A DNA stretch of 57,167 bases, filler included, from Sluysia triapertura (lineage: Eukaryota): NCBI GenBank assembly GCA_046118255.1. It is 4 parts of 4 records of this genome, joined end to end, with 100 filler letters (N's around TTAATTAATTAA, not from the genome) between each part and the next. Parts side by side here need not be neighbours in the genome. Positions count along the whole stretch, not along the records: positions 30,796 to 44,974 come from JBJNIA010004002.1; positions 45,075 to 57,167 come from JBJNIA010140281.1; 2 more parts are not named here. One strand, 5' to 3'. The notes below the pieces were generated by a model. The model searched no databases. It was not told where the DNA came from and saw only the letters and a list, made by a program, of their open reading frames with translations. Both the position numbers and the translations under genes were made by a program. Positions 39,819-52,577 of this stretch are shown piece after piece (positions within the stretch are counted from its first letter, which is position 1; every line of letters starts with the position of its first letter).

Positions 39819-40130
39819 CTCTTCAATTGAATAGGGCATAAAATTTGGGTTTTGCAAAAGGTAGCGATAAATGTCTTTTCGTTTAGGAGCTGTACTATCA
39901 TATATAAGACTTCCATCATTAATGTTAATGACAGGAACTATTGTATCCATCGAAGAAGTGTTATTTCCCGTATTACTATTGCTGTTATTAGATGAACCAG
40001 GTCTATTGTGAAGCATTAGATTATGAGAGGAAGAAGTAGAAGACGAAGAAGTAGATGAAGAAGGATTCATTGAATTTGAAGTTGGATATTGCTGATTACG
40101 TTGTGATGATAAACTAGATTGATTCTGTTT
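39819..40130 (-). CDS. CHD6-9/kismet-like exon with BRK domain
   Basis: IVPVININDGSLIYDSTAPKRKDIYRYLLQNPNF fits the BRK consensus (IPVINLEDG..L.GEDAPK.KDL.EWL..HP.Y). AG/GT boundaries, phase 0/0. Confidence 0.9.
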
Positions 40131-40599
40131 CTAAATTAAAACAATGTTTAAAATATTATATTTATTTGCTTGAGTAAAAAAATAGGATTTTATGTTGACA
40201 GTATAGATTCTTTTTAAATAGCTACCCTTGAGGATTAAGTCGATAATAGTACTTGAATCGTAACAAGACATTAGATAGCTTAGGAGAATATATCAGTTAG
40301 GTGCAAGTACAATAAAATAAATTATTTTGTGTCAAGTGAAACTATCAAAAATTGTACTAATTCTGTAGTTATTGCTTCATCAGGAATTTTTCATAATTAA
40401 TTTAAATTAAAAATAAATTTATTTACGTTATAACGCAGCGAAATAGCCTCAGTTCTTGCTGGTGCTTCTTCAAACGGCTTTCAATTACATGATTTGATGA
40501 TTCATTCAGTTTTCGATATTTTGTCCAATATCCAATTCTTTTTTCAGTAGGTGATTTAGACTAGCATTCGATTATTAAGTAACACTGATAAATATTCCA

Positions 40600-41530
40600 G
40601 GCTGCAATACTACTACAAAATTGCTCAATGCAATTTGCATTCAGGAAAGTTATTTCAACAATATTTCGTTCATGTTTACATCAAGATCGAAGATGATGCC
40701 TTAATTTTCGACGCACTAACCAAAAACTTTTCAAACCGTAAGTTGCCAAGGCTTAATTGACTTCTTAGCTTCTAAACTGATATTACAAATTCGCGAATCA
40801 GTACAACTATAATTCTCTTTTCTTTCATTGGAAGCTCTGCGCCATGTTTCAAAATTATCAAAATGCACTGACAATTTATTCATAACTGTGACATGCAACC
40901 CAAATTGGAATAACCAATTCGGTGTTTCCTGGACGATCTTCTTCAGATCATCCTCACAATGTCTGTAAAGTCATCAAAATGAAGTTGGACTTGTTTTTAG
41001 ATGACATTTTGAAAAAACCTAAGCTTGGAAAAGTTGTTGTTTATACTTGGGTAATTGAATTTCCAAAACTGGAACTGCTACATTGTCATGTTAATGTTGA
41101 TAAAATCGTAATTTGCAATATTCCTGATCCAGTTTCAGGACCTATATTATAGGGCAGAATTAGCAATTTTATGATATATTATCCGTTCGGTATTCTTAAT
41201 CCATCCATTGTTTGCATAAAGAAATTCGATAACACTTGCTCAACGAATTTTCCGAAAGAGTATTAAGAGTTCATTCTGAAGTTTCCCGAAGTATATAGAA
41301 GGATTTCAAATTCATTTACAGTTTCTGTGCGAAATATTGATACCGACAATAGATGGGTAGTGCCTCAAGTCTATTAACCAAGTACAATTGCTTACATTAG
41401 TGTTGAAGTTTGCTCTTCGGTAAAAAACTTCAAATACATGTACAAGTACGTTTTTAAAAGACATGATTACGTTTATTTTTGTTTCGATACATTTCAAAGC
41501 GCATAGCAAGTTCTTGAACTTGACGAAATC
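40600..41530 (+). mobile_element. Degenerate Helitron Rep fragment inside a CHD intron
   Basis: FITVTCNPNW, WVIEFPKLELLHCH (matches EFQKRGLPHAH), DNRWVVP and ISVEVCSSVKNFKYMYKYVFKRHD (matches HINVE.C.SV.S.KYLYKYV.KGHD). Confidence 0.9.
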
Positions 41531-41751
41531 TTATTTACCGGTGACTTATGAAACAATAGAAAGAAATTCTGAAATAAACTTGACATCTTACTTAAAAGAT
41601 TTTAAAAGATTTCACCAATAATTAAATGATTTTTAATAATATATTTAAATTTGACTAATAAGCGAAATAAGTAATAAATTTTTGTGAAGTATCAAAATTT
41701 TTGAATTCATATTTACATATAAATATAATTTTTTATTAAATTAAAACAAAC

Positions 41752-42407
41752 ATCATAAAGTGCTGCATTTTTTGGTCTTCTACCACGCCTTACTCCAGTC
41801 AAAGTTCCAGATACTTTATTATTGCTTGTACCAGCATTATTACTAGAAATAGAATTATTATTATTATTATTATTATTGCTAGAATATTTCTGCAAATGAG
41901 TCGACGATTGTTGTACATTTGAGGTATTTGGTGTACTACTTGTCATCATCATAGATAATAACCTTGCATATTCAGCAATCGAATTAGAGGATGCATCACT
42001 TGATGAATTTTTGTTTCCATGATAATAACTGCTATTATTACTATTTCCAGTGTCTATGTTTGATGATATGTTCACAGCAGCATCTAGAAGCATAGACTGT
42101 GCTGCTAAACTTGCCATTGTCGCTGTCAACTGATCATTGTTTGCATTTGAAGTATTAAGCGAATTACTACTACCACTATTATTATTAGCAGCTCGTATTA
42201 ATAATTGATCAAAAGTTTCATTATTGTTATTGGTAAGAGAGAGTGAATTCTTATTGGCAACTGAATTCGACGAATCACTTGGTGTAGATATTCTGTTTGA
42301 ATTAGCTGTAGTAGTAACAGGTGTTGTATTGTTACAAGCTGAGTCCGAAGTAAAAGTAGTTGATGTAGGATGACCATATAATGACTCCCATGTTTGGTCA
42401 GCACTCA
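41752..42407 (-). CDS. CHD6-9/kismet-like exon (Ser/Asn-rich, RRGRRPK)
   Basis: TTTTTTAG acceptor phase 1, GTTTGT donor phase 0, open frame. Confidence 0.85.
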
Positions 42408-42721
42408 CTAAAAAATTAATGTCATTTTTTATTTCATAAATAGTTTTGAAAATTGTAAACAAACTTAAGTGAAAATATTTTATACAAATCAAAATTGACA
42501 AAAATCGATCCATATTAATTTAAATAAGAATATTTAAATACTAAAACGGATGCACTATTTTTCTATACTGTCCTTCTATACTATTTTTTCTGTATTATCT
42601 TGTTATGATCATAATCCCGTCATTAAAATATTTTAGTGAAACACATTTATAAAGTATTTTACTAATTGCTCAAGTAAATACATAATAATAATTATTTTAA
42701 AATATACAAAACATTTAATAC

Positions 42722-43232
42722 TTTGTAACAATTTTTGCATCATGATATTTGGATCTGAATTTTCCATTCCTGAAGAAATAAGAGCTGACATTAGAGCTGC
42801 AGTCCATGCTTCATAAGCTGATTTTATTTCTTCTTCTTTTAGTTGTTGAGAAACTGATCCTGATGCAGAAGCAGTATTAGGTCCAGATGATCCTGCTGCC
42901 ATCATTCCCATCGCAACTGCCAATAATGATTCAGATAGAGATGTATCATCAGCTATGTTTACTGAGGATCCTATTACACTAGATCCAATTAAGTGGTCAG
43001 TATTCAGCTCTCCACTACCCATTAATGAACTACCGGAAGGTACTGTAGTCAAACTAGAAGTACCTGCAAGATATTGTGTAACTGTTCTTTTCCGACCACG
43101 ACGTTTACCAGGATATTTATTAATTCCAGAAATATTTGATGTTATACCAGCACAAACTTGACCACTTGTTCCTGTAACTGCTGTTGTTGAAGTTGAACAA
43201 TTTTCAAAATCATCCAATTCCATCTTTAAGTG
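42722..43232 (-). CDS. CHD6-9/kismet-like exon (KRRGRKR)
   Basis: TTTTTAG acceptor phase 0 and GTATTA donor phase 1, in frame with its neighbours. Confidence 0.85.
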
Positions 43233-43584
43233 CTAAAAATAAATAATTACTGAAAATAATAAAGTTCAATAAGCATTAGTTTTCAAAAATCTATATTTAA
43301 ATTTATAATTAAATTTAAATAATCTTTACTAATATTGCGCAATAAAACCATTAAATTTTATTATGAAATTATTCTAAAAGTTATATTTGAAGCATGAAAT
43401 CACAACTCTCAAGACTTAAATTGTAAACTAAATAAAGTAACATAAATGAACCAATATTTAAAATTAAAAAATTTATTTATTTATTTTTATTTATTATTAA
43501 GTTAATATTTAATATTTATATAGAATTCAAAATAAGAGTTATTTGCCATTTAATGTATATAAATATTCTAAAAAATACTCTTAC

Positions 43585-43955
43585 TTGTACATGACTAGAA
43601 TCATCAGAAGCTGAACAAACACTGGAATCGATAGGTTCTTGCTTTAATAAACTATTACCTGGTAATGATGTTGGTAACCCATAATTATTATTATGTAATA
43701 TCTGAGAATGCATATTGTTCATAAAAGAATTTACATTACAGTTACCAGTTGCAGAATTATTAGCGCTACCTGTGTTAATTATTGTTGATAACTGATTATT
43801 TCTATTAGTGGAAAATGGCCATTCACCTTTTTCGATGGTTTGTACGATCAATTCAAGGCGTGAAAATAAAGCTCTTTCTTTCGGCCAACCGATTTTTGAC
43901 ACAATTGATATATCCGACATTTGAAAAGCTATTTTATGTTCTATATCTTCTTTCA
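43585..43955 (-). CDS. CHD6-9/kismet-like exon
   Basis: WPKERALFSRLELIVQTIEKGEWP matches the conserved CHD7-family WPKDRV..NRL..IC..VLKGKWP. TGCAG acceptor, GTAAGA donor. Confidence 0.9.
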
Positions 43956-44854
43956 CTGCAATTAACAAACAAATACATCAATTTTTTTCATGTCTACGTT
44001 ATTCTAATTATTTAAGTATTGATTATTTGCTATCATGTAAGAAAGTGAAAAAATAAATAGTTAACAATAGTTTAATAAATAGTTACAGTTTACCAATAAA
44101 TTTAACAATCAAGCATGCACATTAAACACAGTTTCCTTTAACGGATCTACCATCTTGGTTACTTTTTCAGTAGAAATGAAACTTTTAACTCGTCATAATA
44201 TTAAGCCTTCACTTGTTGATTAGTTTGTGTCTGAGTAGATAGCCAAAAAAAGGAAAAAATATCTAACCACTACAATAAAATTATAATCTATTTAAAAAAT
44301 GAAAAATAAATCATGCTCTGTAGCTTAGAAAAATGTTTATAGTATTGTGTAAATAGTATTATATTGTTGCGTGCGTTAGTAATATTTTTATGTCGTTTTT
44401 AATGTACGTTCCACATTCGAACAAACATCTTATATTAAGTTATTTATTTAAATACATTCGAAAAAGAATTGGACATTACTTTCATTCAATGTAAAATGAA
44501 TGCATTTTTAGTGCTTGAATTTTAATACTTTAAAATTCACCCATTTTTTACAATTAATGCACATTGAGATTATTTTTATCCCACTATGTAACACAGAACT
44601 TATTAAATTATTTATTTTCATATTAAGAAATATTTTGTCAAAGAATTGAAATAAACTTTTATTATTATATTAAAAATAATTCCATGCAACTAAAAGCGAT
44701 CCAATTGCTGACGACAGATGTCAGGCGTCATAATATGACTCTGGAGCCAGTACTATATTCGAAAAAGATTTGATCTCAAATGAGTATTTCATAAGTCATA
44801 TAATAATAAATAATAAAAGTTACCTTTGAAATTTAAATCTGTGCTTAAAAATTA

Positions 44855-44974
44855 CAATTAATAATTAATCAAGCAGCAAGACTAATTCTCCAAGTTGGAA
44901 GATCTCATATAACACCCTATCTCAAAGAATTACATTGGTTGCCAATAAAAGCAAGAATAGAATTTAAAATCATG
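44855..44974 (+). mobile_element. L2/CR1-group LINE fragment cut by a gap
   Basis: NQAARLILQVGRSHITPYLKELHWLPIKARIEFKIM. Confidence 0.85.
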
Positions 44975-45074
44975 NNNNNNNNNNNNNNNNNNNNNNNNNN
45001 NNNNNNNNNNNNNNNNNNTTAATTAATTAANNNNNNNNNNNNNNNNNNNNNNNNNNNNNNNNNNNNNNNNNNNN
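44975..45074. other. Assembly gap with spacer
   Basis: N44-TTAATTAATTAA-N44. Confidence 0.95.
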
Positions 45075-46479
45075 AATAAGATTGTAGATTGGGGTTATCC
45101 AACAAAGGCGAATCGTACGGAAGAAATATTCGTATAAATAAATTAAAGAATAAATTTTTGACTTTGCCACAATCTAAATGATTAAATATTGATAAATTAG
45201 TTTTAAATTCGAAATATGGAATGACAGTACAAAAAGGACCACACAATCAAGTCGATATAAATTCACCAAGTAATGTAAACGTAAGTAGAAATTGCGGATT
45301 TAGACGTAAAAAGTAGAAATGAAGAACATGTACTAGTATAATAATAATAGTAAAAATAATACTATAATAATAGTATAGTAGTATAATACAAATAATACTA
45401 ACAAAGATGTTATGCATGAATTATATAGCGAAAATTATATTAGAGAATGAAATTGTCTATTATGTAGAAAGATGTGGCCACATAATTACGAAAATAAATA
45501 GAATAAGATTACGTATATATCTAATTACAGAGTAAAATTGACTGTATTGTGAAATTAACTCTAAAGAGAAATTGATTATGGAGAAATTATTATAGAATGG
45601 AATTGAGAAAAATATTGGCCATGATTTAATGTAAGAAGGTATTTTCTACTATAAAAACAAAAATTGCGACAAAAAAGGATAATGTTATTTGGTAGTTCCC
45701 AAATTATTCGGCACATCAGAAGTTATTTGGCAGTTTATATTAAGAGTTTATGTACATTAAGTATTATATCCATAAATCTATAAAATCAGTAAAATTATAC
45801 GTACAACTAAGTGAGGTTTTCATTTTTGAAAATTGTAAGTATTTTTAGTTATTAATAAATTCGGGAATCGATTATTATTAGTTGATTATTTTTCTCACTT
45901 CCATTTTTAACAACAAATACAACTTAAAAACGACTTTACAGATAAAGATAATTTAGATTAGAATTAGCAGGCATTCGATATTATTTAAAGTTTTGTAAAC
46001 GTTTTGATAATTTTAATATTATTAAGACAGATAAATCCCTGATAACCTGATAACCTGATAAATTTTGAGTTTTCATCAGCCTATTTTAAATAAAGTAATA
46101 CGATAAATTGTGCAACCGTACTAAAAGCTGTGAAACATATGCAATATTTATTTTTAAATTTATTATTTGATTATTGGGTGTTGATACACATTTAATCGTT
46201 TCACACTTAAAAAGCCAAACGTCAAAAAAATTTAAAATTATTTCTATTTGTAATGCTAAATTATGTATTATCTTTAAAAGTTGATAGACCTAATGAAAAA
46301 AAGTATAAATACTTTAGATAATCAATGCTTATTAAATTAAAATGTTTATTTATTGTTAAAACTATTATAAATCTAAATCTTTGTTACAAAACAAAATTAA
46401 ATGAAAAGAATCATTTGTTCATTTATTTATATGAAAAACTACTATCAAATTTTTAATATATAATTGTTTATCGAATTAA

Positions 46480-47700
46480 TGTTTCAGCTTGAACTGGAGA
46501 CATACTATTGGGAATCAACATTGTAAGTCCTAAATCAAAAATCGATCATATAAACTAGTTCAATAAACTAAGATCAACGTTTACCTCAAAATAAATATTG
46601 TTAGTAAAATGGTTTAGTCCATTGATAACATCACATATTGTACTATGTTTTACATCTAATTTATATGAACTTGGTAAGGTATCTGTAATTCGTTTACGCA
46701 CAAAAATTTTTAAGTTGTTGATGTTGACATCTGAGTACTTACAGCTTTTATGTAATTCAATACAATAATTATATAAATAAATTGATAAAAGAAGACTAAT
46801 CATTTTAACAAGTTCTAGTCTAGTTTCAAACATTAAAGTTTTATCGACTTTCAAATTTTTAAATACAAAATTTGTAACGCACGATTTTATTTTGCAACTA
46901 TTAAAATATTTATGGAGTTCCAAACTAATTTATAAATACTCGTTTATTAGGAAATAACACTCAAGAAAGGAATTAAGCATATATATACAAAATTTGTTAC
47001 CTGGTTTTACTTGCCTTGATTGATCTATGAATAAAATACAGTTTCGTACTCTTAATGCTCAATCTGGTTCACTTCATCATGGAATTTGTTGTTATAAACC
47101 TCAAATATCACATCTTTTACTATTATATTATCATTGTATTTATCACTTTTAACAATTTCATAAGAAATACAATGATGACGAAGTAATTTATATATGAGAA
47201 TTGGCGGCGATACCATATTCTATCTCCTTATAGTGTTTCAAGAATAAATTGTAAACTACCGATAGCTGTATATCTGATTTTGATTTCTATGTCATCATTC
47301 AAATGAATATAAACTTTATGATAATATTTCAATTTGTAATTCATCAATATCATAATGATGAAACGATCAACATACTTCATTGATTCGACATAATTTTTTA
47401 TTAACTTCTTGAAAATGTATTGCTAAAAACAAAGGACATTCAGTATCAACCACTTGAATAACATTTTTAAACCATATGGGAAATAAGCGATCTAGATAAT
47501 TAGACATTGAATCTATATTGACAGAAATTATCAAAAATTCTATACGTTTTTTCTTTAATATCAGATGCGTTTTTGATATTTATTTGAAAAATTCAGCATT
47601 AATAATATAGGAGCAATAAAAAAATGATTAAATGCTATACAATTAGATTTACGCAACTAATGTTTTAAGCACGCATTACTGGTATCTATAAAATGATGGC
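46480..47700 (-). pseudogene. Decayed intronless ORF of unknown function
   Basis: ORF 46555-46923 plus an upstream broken frame (SMSNYLDRLFPIWFKNVIQVVDTECPLFLAIHFQEVNKKLCRINEVC). Confidence 0.35.
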
Positions 47701-48169
47701 ACACTATAAAGTTGGTTTATTTTTATCAAATTGATTTTGGCTAATTTTGTCACTAGTGATGATTGGATATCCAATCAAAACAAGTATAATTTTAGTATTG
47801 AGGTAACAAATATTAATTGAGTAAATGTAATTAACTGTCATCAGTCGACAGTTGACTTGACATGCTGAATAGTTTATCAACTGTCAGCTGGTGACATGGT
47901 AGAATAATTAAGTAGCAAATTTAATTAAATAATGATGACCATTATAGTGGTCTTAATAATGAGACATAATGATAATGAAATGGTAACAATAGTAATGTTT
48001 TTATGTTAATAATAATATAAATTGATTGAGTAAATAAAATGGAATAATAATAATAATAAATAAAACTAAAAATGAAACGCATAAACCCTAAAACTCCACT
48101 TACATGATCGTTCTTTTATTGAAAATCTTCTCAACATAATTAAATTTCTTTGGTTATAATAAATGTTTT

Positions 48170-49033
48170 AGAAACGAGTGTTAAAAGATTGTAAGGTGTA
48201 AATTTGATAGGTTGAGATGTAATTGAGATTTTAATGTTATTAAATAATGTGTAAAATGTTTTAGCTGAGTTTAAAAATGTGGATTGATCGTTTCGACTGG
48301 AAGTGAAGTTAGGATGTTGGAAACTGTGAGTTAAAATGTTTTGCCTTATGAAAAATGATTTTGATACATTCTGAAAGGTAGTTGTGGCATGTTAACAAAT
48401 ATACTTATGATTGTATTGTTATGGATTATGAATAAAATGTTTGTAATGAATTTTAATGTAGATTGTTAATCTGAAATAAATATAGTTTTAGTGATGTAAA
48501 GTTATGAATTAAAAATGTTTTGAGAAGGTGAGAATAAAGTTTGCAATATTTTAAATTAAGTTTTTGTTTAGATGTTTGATAATTTTTGTTATTAAATGTG
48601 AAAGAATTAAGAACTGAGATGTTTTAGATAAAATCTGAAAAGTTTATTTGATAGTAGTAAATGTGGATTGTAATTTTTATGATGCGAAATTGTGAGTTAA
48701 AATGTTTTGGGTGAATTTTATGTACGTTATTAGTTTTTAATGTAACTAATAAAGCTGTTGTAAAGCTGTAATTTTAAAATGTTCTGACTTGGAAATTGTT
48801 TTAGTGGATCTAAAAAATAAAGTATAAAGGAGGTTTTGATACGTTCTGAAAAGTAATTGTGCTATGTTAAAGAATGTAATTCTGGTTGTAATGTTATAGA
48901 ATTATGGGCTGAGTGTTTTGAAAAATAGAATTAAGGCTTTAATGGATCAAAAGGTGAAATATAAGATATTATGAGATGTAATATTTTGTGAGAAATAATG
49001 ATTTTAATTTTGAATAAAAGGTTGGCACCGTAC
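48170..49033. repeat. LTR-like repeat with internal direct duplication
   Basis: TTTTGATAC.TTCTGAAA.GTA.TTGTG occurs at ~48359 and ~48834; TGTGAGTTAAAATGTTTT occurs twice; ends GGTTGGCACCGTACA. Confidence 0.45.
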
Positions 49034-50149
49034 ATGCGTTAAAACCGTTGTAATTATTTACGTAAGTAAGATCTTCTTTATTATTATGTTATAATTGTTT
49101 TAAAAACTTATATAATGGAAACATCAACCAAATTGAAGTAAAAATATATAAAAATACTAAAACCATTTTGATTATGTTTTTCTTTAATGTTTTCAAAATT
49201 GCAATGTATCGCTGTAGGTTTACCTTTTGAACTATTTCCAAATAACAGATTCATATTTAGGCGTAAAAAATAACTAACAAATAAATTTTCATTTAAAAAA
49301 TGATAAATATTTAATCTCTTATTAAATTATGAAATACGATTAAATGTGATCCGATTTAAGTGTCACCAAATCGATTATTGTTAATAAAATTAAATAAAAG
49401 TTAATCAATTATTTTAAGTAAAAGTTTGTTAATTATTCAATTACAGTTATGCATTATTTACATGATAAAGTACTTATGCGTGTAATAAAACGTTATCAAT
49501 AATCAAGATTAAATCTTAATAAATAATCAGTATTTATCAATAAACAAATTTATCTCTTAATTTATTTTAAAATTGCAGAATAAAATATATAATTACAGAA
49601 AGGAAAAAATATAAATTTAATGTAGAATAATTATAAAAACAGTTTTATCAAACAAATTATTTTAAGTAAATTTTATCATGGTTTTTGTTATTAATATGAA
49701 AATGTTTAATAGATATTATTTTATAAAAGAGACGTAACACAATTACATAACTGCACAATTTTTTTACAGATAATTCTAAATTTTGCACAATAAATGTTTG
49801 ATATAAAATGTTTTTTTAATTTTTTTAGGTACTATAAGTTTAAATGAATTTATTTTATTCATTAAATATATTAAAATAAAATTTTAAAATCTTTTTAATA
49901 AATATTTTAATTAATTAACAATAGCAAATCTTGTATTATTTAACAATCTTAGGTAAATCAATTTCGTGTAAAAATTTGTGAAAATAAACCAATATTTATT
50001 TGTGTTACAATGTTATTAATATTATTCGTACATTTAAAACAATCAACTTCATGCTTAGTTCTTCCATGTTAATTTCTACATTTTGTTATTTAAATGTATT
50101 TTATTCCGTAAGTGCTGCTGAGGTGACAAATTTTACCAAAATAAATAAC

Positions 50150-50741
50150 ATTTTAATAATTGCCATAAAAATATTATTTATCAAATTTAATTTCATTTTT
50201 GAATCGAATTGTCACTTGTGATGAGATATGGATCCAATATGACAATAGCAAACGTTCATTACAGAGGTTGAATCATCAAAACACATTCTAAAACACAATA
50301 TTCATCAAAAGAAGCTGATGATGAGTTCTTGGTGGTCCGTTATGATCACAACAGAAATATTCTACAAACAAATGGACGAAATTACACAAATATTTAAAGA
50401 AAAACAGCCTTAATTGGTCAAAATATTGAATTATATCTTAGTGCATGATAACGCCAGACTATACACTGCACACACAACTGTAACAAAACTAAAGGAATTT
50501 GAATAGAACCTAACCCTCACTCCTTCTGCAATTTGATAACTTTTTAATAAGAAAACAATTTAATTCCGACAATGCTTTAAAAGTGTCTCTTCCCGAAATT
50601 CATTGACTTAGGTTCTGTCAAGGTTTTATACCATCGCCGCTTAAATAGGTACATATTGGTGAATAAAATAATTCCTTATATCTGTAATTTTTAGAGCAAT
50701 TTTAACTTTTTTCTTCAAATTTCATCCTTGATAACTTAATA
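50150..50741 (+). mobile_element. Degenerate mariner transposase fragment
   Basis: LNRIVTCDEIWIQYDN, HQKKLMMSSWWS and LVHDNARLYTA are mariner motifs (IVTGDEKW, K.ML.VWW, HDNARPH). Mariner-like end ...AACTTAATA. Confidence 0.85.
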
Positions 50742-52524
50742 TGAATGTAGGTACCCAAATAACAATAAAGTTTAAAGGCCCAACTAACCCCAAATGAAAT
50801 TAAATCGATTAAAAAAACATAGTCATCTGCTAAAGAGATGCCACTACTACGTTGAAACACACTATTTAAAGCAGAAAAACTTCATATATTATTGCAATGG
50901 TACTTTCGGTGTTTAATAGGGAAAATGTCGGAAATTCGATTAGCCATAATTATTCAAATTTTGGAGGCTCCCAAATATAATGAGCACCATTAAAATAAAC
51001 TAAAAATAAGACAATAGAAGGAACCCAATTATAATACTCATGTACAATTATTAATAAGGTTTGAATTTAATCAAAACCCAAAATATTTTAAATATTCCAA
51101 TTTTGGTAAAATTTAAATTTTTTATTCCAATAGAATGTCTTCAAAAGTCAAAGTAATTGAAAATAATTGTATTTTAATTTTCTAAACATGAAAAAATTAT
51201 TTCACTTTCTGCCCTTATAAAATACGCACCACGACTATCATCCAAAAAAAGAAAAAAGTGTATTATGTACGGATATTTAAGATAATTAATGTGCATGTTT
51301 ATTCCTTAGGATCGGTAATCAAAATTTAACAATAATTTCGTCGAATTTCCATTTTGTTATTACCCAGCAGTTATCCTTTAGATAATGAGTTTTGTTACAA
51401 ACTTTATCTAATTCAAAATAATAAAATCAAAATTTAACATAATGTTTATAGCAATATTTACTGCTACAATAATACAACAATTTAAATTGAATATAAATTT
51501 AATCAAATATAAGACTTATGTGCAATAATAACTTTCGATATATTAGTTTAACATACATGTCAATTTCAATAATATGTATAAAACGATCTCTTCTTTATAG
51601 AGAAAAAAATTACTTAAAACTAATGATTTTACGTTATCTAGGTCGACGTGTTTCGTATTATCTCGACGTTCATAACACTCATCATTGTTGTGCAGCGTTT
51701 TCATATAGAAACATCATAAACAAAGTTATTGGGTTAAAATGATTTTCAAATAATTTTAATTTAATTACTTAAAAATGCACTTTTAAGCTTTTGGAAGTTA
51801 AAACTTTGTACTTAATCATTTGTACTTAATTTTTTACTTAATCATCCATATGAATTTTTAGTTTAATAGAAAATGTAAAATTCCCGTCCAGTACTCGGAT
51901 GTAGAATTATCCTATTTTTATTTATCTTAAAGATTAATTATTTATTATTTATTTAATTTTTATATAATTCAAAGAAAAATATTTTTTCACGAGTACAAAA
52001 TTTTAAGACAAACTACACGTTAATTTATTTATAATTAAAATAGAAGAATAAAAGATTACAATATTAATGAAATCACAAATACTATATTTTTTATTTATTT
52101 TAAATCAAATTGTTACTTTTTTGTATTTCAAAAAAGAATTAATATCTGGAGCAATACACTTCGGGCATTTTTTGATGACTCCACACCTGATTAGTAATTT
52201 TTGTTTAATGTAAATGACATTTTAAAAAAATATATTCTTAATAAAAATAACATAAAAATTCATATTAAGCGAAATAAGATTGTGTTTAGTTAGTATTTCA
52301 TTTCATTTGAGAAATTTTTGGCATTTCTCAATAACATTTGGGTTTGAAATTTCTGATATGCAGAAGCAATAAATTTATTTTTATTCTGTAGGATAAAGGA
52401 ATTATTTGTAAATTAATTATAAACTGTCTTTTATACTAACTTCAAATATACATTTTGAATAAATATTTACATTTGATTATTATTTATGTGACTAGTTTTG
52501 ACATTTATATTTGTTTTTAATATG

Positions 52525-52577
<53 letters not shown>

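Noticed and set aside
46039-46062. (CCTGATAA)x3
   Set aside because: Short slippage repeat; a GATA-site cluster is possible but unsupported.
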